From an archaeon (GTDB lineage Archaea > Nanobdellota > Nanobdellia > Pacearchaeales > UBA284): DNA of 64,000 nucleotides. The position numbers and the translations under genes are program-made. The DNA is taken from NCBI GenBank assembly GCA_020343435.1, contig CP070794.1:583712-647711 (forward strand). The letters run 5' to 3'. This document shows, piece by piece, positions 17,096-27,351 of this stretch. The notes beneath the pieces are model-generated. The model searched no databases, was not told the origin of the DNA, and worked only from the letters and a program-made list of their open reading frames with translations. Each line of letters opens with the position of its first letter. Within the stretch, counting starts at the first letter, position 1.

Positions 17096-19845
17096 AATGG
17101 GAATGGCAGATCACTTTCTCTGCTTAAGTAACGTTTAATTGTTTCTTCAGGAACTTCAAAATTAGAAGGATAATCAACCTTCCATATCTTTATTGGCCCG
17201 TTCATTTGACCACCAGCAAATATTAAATCACCAACATCAAGATTATAATTTGCTTTTAGTTCTGCAACAACAGGAGCAGGTTCTTTATACCCTAATTCAA
17301 AGTTTTCTGAATCATTAAAAAGATATAGTTTTGCCCATAAAGCATTCATTGTTTTTTCAGAGAGATACATCGAAGCCCCGAAGTTATTTAATCCTTGTTG
17401 ATCAACACTGGGCACAATATAGAAACACCCTTCAAAAACATTAGTTTTATTTCCAGTTAAATCAAATAAATCATTATTAATATAAACGTATCTTACTGGA
17501 ATCATATATTGCTGTTCATTATATATCAACACAGCTTCCACCATTTTAATATTGTTATCTTGATCTGTAGTCATTATAAATGCAGGAATCCCAGCTTTTT
17601 GTTTTGGGAATATTTGCCCCATATACTTAAAATCAGCATCCAACAGTGTTCCACCCAGATAAGCATATTTTTTCTCATCTCTTGTTTCTTGTGTTTGTTT
17701 TGGATCCATAACAAAAGTTCCTATCCATGTATACCTATCCCACCCAGTTTCATCAGAACCAATGCTACTATAAGCACTAGCTTTTCCAATATCAGTGGAA
17801 TCTATCAAAAGATAACTAGTATTGTGAGCATATAAAAATTCTAAAGCATCTTTTTCTTCAGGCGTCGTTAAAACATATCTTGCCATAAGATAATTCCAGA
17901 ATCCTCCATGGCCTGCATGGCCCCCATCAAGAATTGTTGGTCGTTCTCCTATACTCTGTACCCAGTATCCATAATCCCACCAATGTGCAAAAATAGAATC
18001 TTCAGTTGTGTTTTCTCTAACCCAAGACATTGCTCTTTGCCATTGTTGATTATAAGCACCTGGAATAGTAAATTTAGCACTGTTTGCAGTTCTTTGTTCA
18101 TAATTGATAAATGTAATTATTAATAGAATAGCAATAACTATTACTAAACACCACACAACAATCTTTCTTAATTCATCTTTTGATTTTGCAAATGTAAATA
18201 ATTTAATCGGCAGGAATGAAAATGCTAAAATCATAAAAGGACTTATTATGAAGAATAATCTTATCCCTCCCCTTATTGAAATTATTGTCCAGAAAATTGC
18301 TGAAATTAAAAGCAAGTAACCGAATTTTATATTTTTGAAATCATCAGATCCTTCTATGTAAGATTTTATGTAGGCATATAATAAATAAACAATAAAAATT
18401 ATTGGCCCCGCAAAATACAAGAACTTACTAAAACCATTTTCTCCATTAAACACACTTCCTGGAGAATGTCTTGAGAACAATAAGAACACTAAAAATATGA
18501 AGAATGTGATTAAAAGACCTGTCCTTAATTTCTTATTCTTAAAATGTTGTATTGCTGAGTAGAATAATAAGATAACTCCAATGAAGAATAGCCAGAAAAC
18601 AGTTTTTGAAAAGCTTGCTAAGAGTTCAACCAAGTAAGGAGCTCTATTTTCAGCAACAGTCAAACCAATTCTACCAGTACCAAAAGGATGAACTAATCTA
18701 GAGGTTATTTCTGAAAATAAACTTCCAATTAGTGAGGGATTAATAATAAGAGCAACTATAAAAGCGACAATAACTGATATGATTATGCTCACTATGCTTC
18801 TCGGTAGTTTTATATTCTTTAATTTCTCTTTAATCTTCGTTTCAAACAGAATTTTATCAATAATCATGAGTATTAAGATTATGAAACAGAACCCAACATC
18901 AGACATACTCTTTAAAGCAGCATTCAAACTAAACGCAGGATCTATGGCTGCAATTGTAATAAGGCTTAAAATAAACCACATAATGTAAACCATAAATTCT
19001 TTTTTCCTTATTTTCCCAAACAAGAAAGCTATGAGCATTGCCAATCCTACAATCATGAAGATATACTTGCTTCCTCCAGCCCATGAAGACATCATTAATC
19101 CTGTAGCAATTCCAGCGATTACTGAAAAGATCATTGCCTTTTTACCCTTAGAATCCCAACCTAAAACAAAGAAATAAAGTGCTAAGAATAAAAAGAATAT
19201 GCCTGAAGATTCGTGTTCTGGAATTCCCGCGATGGTTCTATGTAACATATCTGGGATAATTGCAAAAAAAGCCGTAGAAACTAAAGCAGCAATATTTGTT
19301 TTCGTTTTATCAAGGAATTTAGCAAAAACTCTTCTTGAAAATAAGAAAAAGAAAACTATCGCTAAACAAAAAAAAACTGCAGGAAATAAAATCGCAGATA
19401 ACTTAAACTGTATATTTGGACTAAATATTGATGTTATTTTGTGGAATCCCGCAATAAGATATGAATGAAGATTATACGACGCCTCTACTCCCAATGGCGC
19501 AGCTCTCATCATATCTGGATTCAAAGGAGATCCATGAGTTGATATTTCTTCAGCAATTCGCGTATACCAGAATGGATCCAAATCTGGTCCAAGCGTATAA
19601 TTTCCAGTTGTAACATCTTTTAATCCAGAAACATTAGAGATTCTTATAAAAAAAGCAAGAGCGATTATTGCCAATAATATAATCAAGATTATCAATGGCC
19701 ATTTGGGCTTAATAGCACCTTTCTTTTGAGGTTTAGATTCAACAATAACTTTCTTAGGTTCCTCTTTTTTAATTTCAACAGGTTTTTCTTGAATTTCCTC
19801 TGTTCTTGGTTCTTCAATTTTAATATTTTGAGTAGTTTCTTCCAT
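17089..19845 (-). CDS. aglB: Archaeal oligosaccharyltransferase AglB (STT3 homologue)
   Basis: The 918-aa protein has about 13 N-terminal TM helices with 'GPDLDPFWY' in the first loop. The diagnostic 'HWWDYGYW' (WWDYG) motif is followed by a soluble C-terminal domain. The N-terminal cytosolic extension is K/E-rich. Confidence 0.92.
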   Translation of the reverse strand: MEETTQNIKIEEPRTEEIQEKPVEIKKEEPKKVIVESKPQKKGAIKPKWPLIILIILLAIIALAFFIRISNVSGLKDVTTGNYTLGPDLDPFWYTRIAEEISTHGSPLNPDMMRAAPLGVEASYNLHSYLIAGFHKITSIFSPNIQFKLSAILFPAVFFCLAIVFFFLFSRRVFAKFLDKTKTNIAALVSTAFFAIIPDMLHRTIAGIPEHESSGIFFLFLALYFFVLGWDSKGKKAMIFSVIAGIATGLMMSSWAGGSKYIFMIVGLAMLIAFLFGKIRKKEFMVYIMWFILSLITIAAIDPAFSLNAALKSMSDVGFCFIILILMIIDKILFETKIKEKLKNIKLPRSIVSIIISVIVAFIVALIINPSLIGSLFSEITSRLVHPFGTGRIGLTVAENRAPYLVELLASFSKTVFWLFFIGVILLFYSAIQHFKNKKLRTGLLITFFIFLVFLLFSRHSPGSVFNGENGFSKFLYFAGPIIFIVYLLYAYIKSYIEGSDDFKNIKFGYLLLISAIFWTIISIRGGIRLFFIISPFMILAFSFLPIKLFTFAKSKDELRKIVVWCLVIVIAILLIITFINYEQRTANSAKFTIPGAYNQQWQRAMSWVRENTTEDSIFAHWWDYGYWVQSIGERPTILDGGHAGHGGFWNYLMARYVLTTPEEKDALEFLYAHNTSYLLIDSTDIGKASAYSSIGSDETGWDRYTWIGTFVMDPKQTQETRDEKKYAYLGGTLLDADFKYMGQIFPKQKAGIPAFIMTTDQDNNIKMVEAVLIYNEQQYMIPVRYVYINNDLFDLTGNKTNVFEGCFYIVPSVDQQGLNNFGASMYLSEKTMNALWAKLYLFNDSENFELGYKEPAPVVAELKANYNLDVGDLIFAGGQMNGPIKIWKVDYPSNFEVPEETIKRYLSRESDLPFPLW

Positions 19846-19891
19846 TTTTTATTTTAAGCTATACACCCTTTATATCTTTTGTTATTATAAA

Positions 19892-21124
19892 TCATTGCTT
19901 TCGTAGACTAACAATCAGCAACGTCACAAACATGAAAATATTGACTATTAAGATCATAGTGATATACTGCATTAATGTGGAGTGGAAAATTAATAAAAGA
20001 GCCACTTGCATGAATACTGCTGATGCTAGAATTCTAATACTTATTTTCTTATTTTTATTAATAGATAAATTATAAAAGACCATTAAAGTTGATAAGGAGA
20101 AGAAACTAAATGCTAGAATTATATATTTAAGTATTGGAGCAACATCAAGATATTTAGATCCTAAGAAAACACTAATCCATACTTTTGGGAAAAATATAGA
20201 GATCACTAAAAATAAAGCAAAAAGTCCACAGATCATAAGGGCAGTTTTACCCAATAATTTTCTCGATTTTTTTTGATTTTTCTCTTCCTTAACTATTGAA
20301 GGTAACATAACCCTCTTAGCATTCATAGCAATAAAGAACAGAGATTTGGCAATCATAGATAAACCAGCATACCATCCTGAAACTGTTTCAGTGAAAAAAT
20401 AACGAGCAAGTATAACATCTATAGAATGTAGAGCAGCAATTAATGAAAATAGAGCCAATGATGCCACAACGTATTTAGATACTTTTTCTCCAGGAACTTT
20501 AACTGGCTTCGTTTTTAGAATATCTTTTATAGGAATCAATCCAACTAAAAAAGATAATAGAATAGAAGCTGGAATCGCTGCTATTGCTCCAATAACCTTC
20601 CATGGTCCCGGAAGAAGTAAAACCAATAGAACAGCAATTCCTAACTTAAAGAACATCTCTGCAGAGTTATTTATCCCAAGTTGTTTAAATCTAAAAGTTC
20701 CTTGTAAAATCCCCCAAACTATTGGTAAAATAAATGCGAAAATAAGCGCAATTCCAATTAGCATTAGGGGCAGCGAAGTTGTTTTGAACAAAGTTTTGAG
20801 ATATGGAATCAATAAAAGAAAAATCACGAATACAATAACTCCTATCAAAAGCATCTGTTTCAAAAATTTCGAAAATAAGAAATGGATCTTACCTTTCTGC
20901 CCTTTTCCTAAGAACTTGGTAGAAAATCTTGATAAAACAGTTCTAATAGTCTCTTGAGGAATTGTTAGAATATAACTAAAAGCAATTAAAGAATATAATA
21001 AACTATATGATTCAACACTTAAAAAACGAGCCATTAGAATATAAAATAATGCACTAGCTAATCCAGCAAAACTTGACCAACCCCATAGTGTAAATGTGTT
21101 TTTAACTAGTTTAGATTTTGCCAT
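19892..21124 (-). CDS. Polysaccharide biosynthesis / flippase-like membrane protein (MOP superfamily)
   Basis: This 410-aa polytopic membrane protein lies directly downstream of the aglB-aglH pair. Confidence 0.55.
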   Translation of the reverse strand: MAKSKLVKNTFTLWGWSSFAGLASALFYILMARFLSVESYSLLYSLIAFSYILTIPQETIRTVLSRFSTKFLGKGQKGKIHFLFSKFLKQMLLIGVIVFVIFLLLIPYLKTLFKTTSLPLMLIGIALIFAFILPIVWGILQGTFRFKQLGINNSAEMFFKLGIAVLLVLLLPGPWKVIGAIAAIPASILLSFLVGLIPIKDILKTKPVKVPGEKVSKYVVASLALFSLIAALHSIDVILARYFFTETVSGWYAGLSMIAKSLFFIAMNAKRVMLPSIVKEEKNQKKSRKLLGKTALMICGLFALFLVISIFFPKVWISVFLGSKYLDVAPILKYIILAFSFFSLSTLMVFYNLSINKNKKISIRILASAVFMQVALLLIFHSTLMQYITMILIVNIFMFVTLLIVSLRKQ

Positions 21125-21125
21125 T

Positions 21126-22019
21126 TTATAAGAATCCAGCGAGTACTGGAGTTAAAAAGACTTCTATAAATGCCGCTAAAATCAAAATAACTATCCCAAT
21201 AATTATTAGATCCATTGAATCATGTAAAATATGTAAAAACTTTCTTTTTTCCACTTTATGTCTTATTACTGCTGCCCCGATTATGCCTCCCGCCAACGCC
21301 GCTACAAAAAATCCAGCTATTTCCGGGATTCCATGTACCATATACCTCGTGAATCCTCCAAATAATCCATAACTGCTATCCCTTGCGAAAATCCCTATCG
21401 CTGCAGAGATGACACTAGCATTCCAAGCTAAGATGAATATCGCCCCCGCTCCAAATATCAACGAAAATATGAGACAATTAACAAATACTGTTAGATTTGT
21501 TGCAAGAATAGAAGATACATAAGACATTCCTTGTTTTATACTATGCACAGTAAGATAAGATTTTCCAGTTACACTATTCACACATTCTTCTATGCTGCCC
21601 CGATTATTGACCATGCAAAACGTCCTTATCTGAGATTCAAAATTAGTATTAGCAACATCTGCTGGCAAAGCAAGATAGATAACTGAAAATGCTGCAACAA
21701 AACCTATGAAAAGAAAAACCAAAGCCATTATTGCTTTTCCATGTTCTTTCAATATTCCCCTCTCACTACTCATCTTCTCTTCTTTCTTTTCTTCTAACTT
21801 AATGATATAATACATGAAAGGTAGAGAGAACATAACAGTAAATATCAAAACAAATAAACTAGTATAGGGTTTTAAAGCAACATTATTCAAGAATAAAAAG
21901 TTAGCTAGAAGTATAGCAATAGCTGCATACACAAACCCAACAAAAAACATCTCCCAAGGTTTTCTCTCCGCTTTTTTTGGATTAATCAGCGTTTCAAGCA
22001 TTTTATTATAAGGCTTCAA
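21126..22019 (-). CDS. SpoIIM/DUF95-like integral membrane protein
   Basis: The protein is multi-helical. The C-terminal region 'HGIPEIAGFFVAALAGGIIG' is typical of the stage II sporulation protein M family. Confidence 0.45.
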   Translation of the reverse strand: MKPYNKMLETLINPKKAERKPWEMFFVGFVYAAIAILLANFLFLNNVALKPYTSLFVLIFTVMFSLPFMYYIIKLEEKKEEKMSSERGILKEHGKAIMALVFLFIGFVAAFSVIYLALPADVANTNFESQIRTFCMVNNRGSIEECVNSVTGKSYLTVHSIKQGMSYVSSILATNLTVFVNCLIFSLIFGAGAIFILAWNASVISAAIGIFARDSSYGLFGGFTRYMVHGIPEIAGFFVAALAGGIIGAAVIRHKVEKRKFLHILHDSMDLIIIGIVILILAAFIEVFLTPVLAGFL

Positions 22020-22087
22020 CCTCTTTTAAACTTTATTTTTACACTCTAAAACAACAAATTTAAAAGATCCAGTTTTTTATTAATATC

Positions 22088-22933
22088 ATGAAAAAAAGTG
22101 GTTTTGATAAAATATGTAAAGATATACAATCTCTTAAAATTCAAGGAGCAGAATCTGTTGCAAAAGCTGCTCTTAAAGCATTATTAATCAGGAGTGATCC
22201 TCAAGCCATAAGAAAACTCTCAGCCATAAGACCAACAGAACCTTGTTTAAGAAACTGTTTAAAATATACTACTTCTTTCCAAGATATTCGTGAGGGAACA
22301 GAAGACACTCTTAAAATAATGGATAATGCTAGAAAAAAAATTATTAAAATTGGAGCTAGAAAAATACAAAATGGAATGACTATCTTTACTCATTGTCATA
22401 GCACAACTGTAATATCTATTCTTAAAGAAGCAAAAAAACAAGGAAAAAAATTCAAAGTCTATAACACAGAAACTCGTCCAAATTTTCAAGGAAGAATAAC
22501 TGCTAAAGATCTTTTAAAGGTAAACATCCCTGTTACAATGTTTATAGATTCTGCTGCAACTTCAGCATTAAAAGGGGCCGATCTTTTCATATTCGGGGTA
22601 GATGCTATAACCTCCGAAGGGGCAATAATAAATAAAATCGGAAATAAAATGATGGCAGAAATAGCTCACAAATATGATATCCCACGTTATGCTTGTACTT
22701 TTTCATGGAAATTCGATCCAAAAACTGTTTTAGGAGAAATAGAAAAACTTGAATCAAGAAAAGTAACAGAAGTCTGGCCAAAGAAACCATCTAAACTTAA
22801 GATTAGTAATGTTGTATTTGAAGAAATACCTGCAGAGTTAGTAACATCAATTATATCAGAATTGGGAGTTCTAGAACCCGCAACATTTGTTAGCGAATTA
22901 GAAAAAACATACCCATTTATCTTTTCAAAATGA
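22088..22933 (+). CDS. eIF-2B alpha/beta/delta family protein (aIF-2BII or ribose-1,5-bisphosphate isomerase-like)
   Basis: 'IFTHCHSTTV' and 'FGVDAITSEGAIINKIG' are IF-2B family motifs. The conserved Cys and Asp match the isomerase-type members. Confidence 0.65.
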   Translation: MKKSGFDKICKDIQSLKIQGAESVAKAALKALLIRSDPQAIRKLSAIRPTEPCLRNCLKYTTSFQDIREGTEDTLKIMDNARKKIIKIGARKIQNGMTIFTHCHSTTVISILKEAKKQGKKFKVYNTETRPNFQGRITAKDLLKVNIPVTMFIDSAATSALKGADLFIFGVDAITSEGAIINKIGNKMMAEIAHKYDIPRYACTFSWKFDPKTVLGEIEKLESRKVTEVWPKKPSKLKISNVVFEEIPAELVTSIISELGVLEPATFVSELEKTYPFIFSK

Positions 22934-23580
22934 AGAGACTTATTTCCTTTGATTTAGATCAAACTTTGGTTGATACTATTTCAAGCCATATGGCATCTTA
23001 TCTTGAAGTTCTTAAAAAAAATAATCTCAAAGTTCCCCACAAATCAAAATTAAGAAAATTAATTGATGGAAGACACGGAAGAGATTTGATCAATGCTTTA
23101 TACCCCAATCTTTCTAAAAAATTAAGAGAAAAGATTAGAATAGAAAGAAAACCAATCCTAAAAAAGCATTCAAATTTAATGAGACCAATACCTGGAGCTA
23201 AAAAAACCCTTTTTATATTAAAAAGAAACTATAAACTAGCATTGATTACTAATGCTGCTAAAAATGAGGTAAACTTATTTCTAAAAAAATCAAAAATACC
23301 TAAAAAAATTTTTGATTTTATCCTTTTAGGAGATCAACTAAAAAAACCAAAACCTTTTCCAGATGGGATTATTAAAGTAGAACACCTTTTGCATGTTAAA
23401 TCAGACATTCATGTGGGAGATTCAACATATGATATAATCTCAGCCAAAAAAGCGAAAGCAATCTCTGTGGGTGTTTTAACAGGGCAAGTTAGTAAAAGAG
23501 GATTAAAAAGAGCTGGAGCAGATTTTATAATCAAATCTGTTGCAGATCTCTCAAAACTTTTATCTAAGAACAAGCTTTGA
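22930..23580 (+). CDS. HAD-superfamily hydrolase (phosphatase)
   Basis: 'ISFDLDQTLVDT' is the DxD motif I, and 'ITNA' and 'VGDSTYDI' are further HAD motifs. It overlaps the upstream gene through an ATGA junction. Confidence 0.75.
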   Translation: MKRLISFDLDQTLVDTISSHMASYLEVLKKNNLKVPHKSKLRKLIDGRHGRDLINALYPNLSKKLREKIRIERKPILKKHSNLMRPIPGAKKTLFILKRNYKLALITNAAKNEVNLFLKKSKIPKKIFDFILLGDQLKKPKPFPDGIIKVEHLLHVKSDIHVGDSTYDIISAKKAKAISVGVLTGQVSKRGLKRAGADFIIKSVADLSKLLSKNKL

Positions 23581-23962
23581 TTTCTTCACCAATTTTTCTT
23601 AATTTCTCAAGAATTTTTTCAGCTTTTTTATTTAATTCTTGCTGAATAAACTCTATTTTATGAAGCCTATTCTCAATACTTTTCTTAACTTCCTCTAATC
23701 CTTTATTAACAAAAATCTTAGAACCCACATTAACTAAAACTTTTTTAGTATCTTTTAACTCAGATCTTACAAAAGTATCTTGTCCAACAATACTAAACAT
23801 CTCTGTTTGTGGTTTCATCTCACCAACTTGGTCTAAAGATAATTCAAGATTTCTTAGTTCAGTCATCTGTTTTTCTACAATCTCTTTTTGTTGTGCAAGC
23901 TCATTAAGCTGCATTTCAAACATCTGAAATTCTATTATTCTCTGATTTAAATTCTCTTTCAT
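23564..23962 (-). CDS. pfdA: Prefoldin alpha subunit
   Basis: The 132-aa protein has coiled coils flanking two beta-hairpins (FSIVGQDTFVRSEL..VLVNVGSKIFVNK). Confidence 0.7.
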   Translation of the reverse strand: MKENLNQRIIEFQMFEMQLNELAQQKEIVEKQMTELRNLELSLDQVGEMKPQTEMFSIVGQDTFVRSELKDTKKVLVNVGSKIFVNKGLEEVKKSIENRLHKIEFIQQELNKKAEKILEKLRKIGEEIKACS

Positions 23963-23964
23963 TT

Positions 23965-24399
23965 TTAAGCCTTTAAAACTTTTTTTAGAACTAAACTGAA
24001 TATAACACTAAATACTACATATGTCCAGAACCAATTAAGGTTTCCTAAAATAGGCAATCTCATTACTGTTCCAACTTCCAATCCTCTGTACAATTTATCA
24101 AGCAATCCTAAAACAATTATAATTGGTACAAAACTAACTAACATTGGTTTCATTGATAATTTCATTTGTTCTGCACTTTGCTGCATCATTTCTTTTTGGA
24201 TTTCCATCATTTTTTGTGGATTACTCCTATTCTCTTTCATTTGTTTACGTAACTCTTTCTGTCTTTCATTCATTGCTTTAACTTTTTTCTGATCTGTTAA
24301 CCATTTGTAAAGTAAAGTTAAAAAGAATGTAATTATCAACGAGAAAATAACAATGCTAAGTAATGTGCTATTCTGCGCAAAAGTTGTAATAAAACCCAT
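23965..24399 (-). CDS. DUF106 / EMC3-TMCO1-like membrane insertase (archaeal YidC/Oxa1 homologue)
   Basis: TM1 is followed by a K/E/Q/M-rich coiled coil (RQKELRKQMKE...MEIQKEMMQQSAEQMK) and two further TM helices. It sits immediately downstream of secY. Confidence 0.6.
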   Translation of the reverse strand: MGFITTFAQNSTLLSIVIFSLIITFFLTLLYKWLTDQKKVKAMNERQKELRKQMKENRSNPQKMMEIQKEMMQQSAEQMKLSMKPMLVSFVPIIIVLGLLDKLYRGLEVGTVMRLPILGNLNWFWTYVVFSVIFSLVLKKVLKA

Positions 24400-24421
24400 T
24401 TTGTTATGTTATAAGTTAAAT

Positions 24422-25798
24422 TTAAGCATTAATAAACTTTCTTGCTGCAGGACTCATGTCCATTGCGTGTTGTTGTGCGATTTCTTCATACATCCTATAT
24501 AATATCATAACTGCAAGCAAGATGCCTGTACCTCTAACTAATGCTCCGAGGATATCTGCTCCAGCTGCAAGCAATCCTACTGCCGCTCCTCCCATAATTG
24601 TTAATGGCATGATATATCTTGAAAGCAAAGACTCTATAACTCTAGGATCTCTTCTAAATCCCGGAACTTGTAATCCACTTGAAACTAATTGATCTGCCTG
24701 GCTTCTTGCATCCATTCCTGATGTTTTCATCCAAAATATTGCAAATAAGATAGATCCTGCTATCATAAACAGGATATATATCCCAGACTGCGCCAGCATA
24801 ATCGGCGCAAAAGACCCTTTAATCAAATGTTCTATTAATCCTCCTGGCGGTGCTGAGAACCAGAATGCTAGTCCTGAAACTGGAACCCCGTTCGCACTAA
24901 AGCTTCCTAACCACGTCGCGTGCCCAGCCCATCTTTCAGCAAGGGTTGCGAACAACGTGACATTCGCGTGCAGAGCTGCAGTAAGTATAACTGGAATGTT
25001 ACTTGTGTAAAAGAACGGCAATGGCCAACGTATTCCCATACCCCTAATCCTCCCAAATGATAAGGGTATCTCAACTTTGATACTTTGAGTATAAACTACA
25101 ATTAAGAATATTAAGACTGTAACTGCAATCGCAACAAATGCAGCCAATGCTCCAACAGTATTTGCATTGATTAGAGATACAAAGAATACTGGAACTTTTC
25201 CAATTGGTTGAATCGTTTTTGCAGGTCCAATAAATGCAAATGCTCTCGTACATAACTGTGATGCTACCCCCCCAACAATGAATAGACCAACTCCAGATCC
25301 AAAACCCCATTTACTTACCACTTCATCCATTAAAATAATTAAGAATCCACCGATGAGCAATTGGATAAATAAGATTGTCCCCATTCCTGGTGCAGCTGTT
25401 AAACCACCCATCATAATGTAAACGAATGCTTCAAATACTGTGAAAAGAATAGCTAACAATTTCTGTAAACCTTGGAAATATCTCTTTCCTTCTTTTGTTT
25501 TAGTATCTATATTCAATAATTTTGAACCTACTAAAAGCTGTAGAATAATAGATGCTGTAACAATTGGGCCAATACCCAACGACATTAAACTTCCAAAACT
25601 TGCTCCAAGAATAATTGAGAGATATTCAAAGTTTGCCAATGCATTTGAAGCAAGACCATATAAAGGAATGGCAGAAAGTATAAAGAATGCAACAAGAATA
25701 ATCAATGTCCACTTAAGTCGTATATTGAAACTTAATTTTTTTTCTTTAGGTGCCTTTACTTCAGGCAAGAACTTCATGAGTCCTCTCAAAAAAGACAT
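24422..25798 (-). CDS. secY: Preprotein translocase subunit SecY
   Basis: This is a 458-aa, 10-TM protein with a typical SecY/Sec61alpha sequence. It occupies the conserved position after uL15. Confidence 0.95.
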   Translation of the reverse strand: MSFLRGLMKFLPEVKAPKEKKLSFNIRLKWTLIILVAFFILSAIPLYGLASNALANFEYLSIILGASFGSLMSLGIGPIVTASIILQLLVGSKLLNIDTKTKEGKRYFQGLQKLLAILFTVFEAFVYIMMGGLTAAPGMGTILFIQLLIGGFLIILMDEVVSKWGFGSGVGLFIVGGVASQLCTRAFAFIGPAKTIQPIGKVPVFFVSLINANTVGALAAFVAIAVTVLIFLIVVYTQSIKVEIPLSFGRIRGMGIRWPLPFFYTSNIPVILTAALHANVTLFATLAERWAGHATWLGSFSANGVPVSGLAFWFSAPPGGLIEHLIKGSFAPIMLAQSGIYILFMIAGSILFAIFWMKTSGMDARSQADQLVSSGLQVPGFRRDPRVIESLLSRYIMPLTIMGGAAVGLLAAGADILGALVRGTGILLAVMILYRMYEEIAQQHAMDMSPAARKFINA

Positions 25799-25799
25799 T

Positions 25800-26228
25800 T
25801 TATAGTTTTTCAGTTTTGCTTCCAGCAGATTTTATTTTTTCTTTAGCTTTTTTTGAAAATTCTGTGGCTTTTATCAAAAATCCTGATCCCAAATCACCGG
25901 AAGCTAAAATTTTATAATTTTTCAAAGTGATTTGTACTTCTTTCCCTTCTTTTTTTGCAATACCTCTTTTTAAAAAATCTTGAACTTTTTCTTTTATTCT
26001 GTTTAAATTAATAACTTTAAATTTTACTTTTTTAGACTTAAATCCATGTTTTCCTAAGTAATCTTTATGATATTTCAAAACATAAGTTCTTTTATGTCCA
26101 GCCATTTTTCCAGTACCTGCATTCCCTTTTCCACCAGTACTTCCTTTTCCTCTAGACTTGAATTTATGTCCATGATATCCTCGTCTATTTCCTCTTAATC
26201 TTGAACGTTTTGATCTTTTTCTTTTCAT
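25800..26228 (-). CDS. rpl15: Ribosomal protein uL15
   Basis: The N-terminus is basic and Gly-rich ('GKGSTGGKGNAGTGK'). The gene is in the expected operon position. Confidence 0.9.
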   Translation of the reverse strand: MKRKRSKRSRLRGNRRGYHGHKFKSRGKGSTGGKGNAGTGKMAGHKRTYVLKYHKDYLGKHGFKSKKVKFKVINLNRIKEKVQDFLKRGIAKKEGKEVQITLKNYKILASGDLGSGFLIKATEFSKKAKEKIKSAGSKTEKL

Positions 26229-26665
26229 AGCATCCTTTTAATTAATTCATTTATTTTTTCATTTTTTCCAAGAATCCCTTTTGGATATCTTAATTTTATA
26301 CTTTTCTTGAATCCTCTTAATGGAGGATGTAATCTAAAAAATGGTTTTATTCCAAAATCTTTTAATTTCTTTTTATTAGCAACAAATTCTTTTACAAATT
26401 CATCTAATTTATTCCCAGCACCTTTTAATTTCTTATCTCCGGGAAATCTACCTCGTTTTAATATCAGTTCTTTCAAAGTAGATTCATTAATCTTTTCATA
26501 AGCAACAAAATTTTCAACTTTTTGGATCATACCCATGTTTTCTGGTGTTTCTTCTAATATAATACAAACAAATTTTTTTCTTAATCTTAATTTATTTAGA
26601 GTTTCAGCTATATCTTTTCTTATTCCAACCAATCCCCTAATTCTTATTACAGCTATCTTACTCAT
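26225..26665 (-). CDS. rpl30: Ribosomal protein uL30
   Basis: The protein begins 'IAVIRIRGLVGIRKDIAETL'. The gene is in the expected operon position. Confidence 0.9.
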   Translation of the reverse strand: MSKIAVIRIRGLVGIRKDIAETLNKLRLRKKFVCIILEETPENMGMIQKVENFVAYEKINESTLKELILKRGRFPGDKKLKGAGNKLDEFVKEFVANKKKLKDFGIKPFFRLHPPLRGFKKSIKLRYPKGILGKNEKINELIKRML

Positions 26666-27351
26666 TTTTCCAATACATATTCTGAAAGTTTTTTAAGTGC
26701 AACCATGCAGGCCTTGATCATATTTATTTTAGTTTTTGTTTGTCCATAGGACTTGGTATAAACATCCTTGATTCCAGCCAATCTTAATATCTTCTTACAT
26801 TCATCATCTGCAACTAATCCTGTTCCTTTTGGAGCTGGGATTAAAATCATCTTAACACTCCCAACTTTTCCTTCAACTTTTATTGGTATACTGTGTTTTT
26901 CATTACATATACAATCAAAACTACCACAGCCAAGATTTAAACTTAATATATTTAACTTAGCTTTTCTAATTGCTTTTTGTTTTGCAGGAACTGTTTCTTT
27001 AGACCTTCCATATCCTAATCCAAGATGACCTTTTCTATCTCCAACAACAGCCATACAACCAAAAGTAGGTACATTTCCTTCAGAAGTTTTTTTCTGGGTT
27101 TGTCTCCATGGTCTTCTCTTTCCTCCTCCAAACTTACCTTTTGCTTGACCTATCCTAATAATATCTGATTCAAGATTAGGTAATAAGTAATCTACAACTT
27201 CTGATTCGAATACTTTTAAGTTATGTCCTAAAATATCCTCTATTTTCTTTATTTTTCCAGCTACAACGTCTTTTCCAAGCTTTGTTTTTGGGGACCATTC
27301 TGCTAGTGCTCTTTCTCTTTCCTTCTTTTCTCTTTCTTTTCTATCAACCAT
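26662..27351 (-). CDS. rps5: Ribosomal protein uS5
   Basis: It carries 'FGCMAVVGDRKGHLGLGYGRSKE'. The gene is in the expected operon position. Confidence 0.92.
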   Translation of the reverse strand: MVDRKEREKKERERALAEWSPKTKLGKDVVAGKIKKIEDILGHNLKVFESEVVDYLLPNLESDIIRIGQAKGKFGGGKRRPWRQTQKKTSEGNVPTFGCMAVVGDRKGHLGLGYGRSKETVPAKQKAIRKAKLNILSLNLGCGSFDCICNEKHSIPIKVEGKVGSVKMILIPAPKGTGLVADDECKKILRLAGIKDVYTKSYGQTKTKINMIKACMVALKKLSEYVLEK

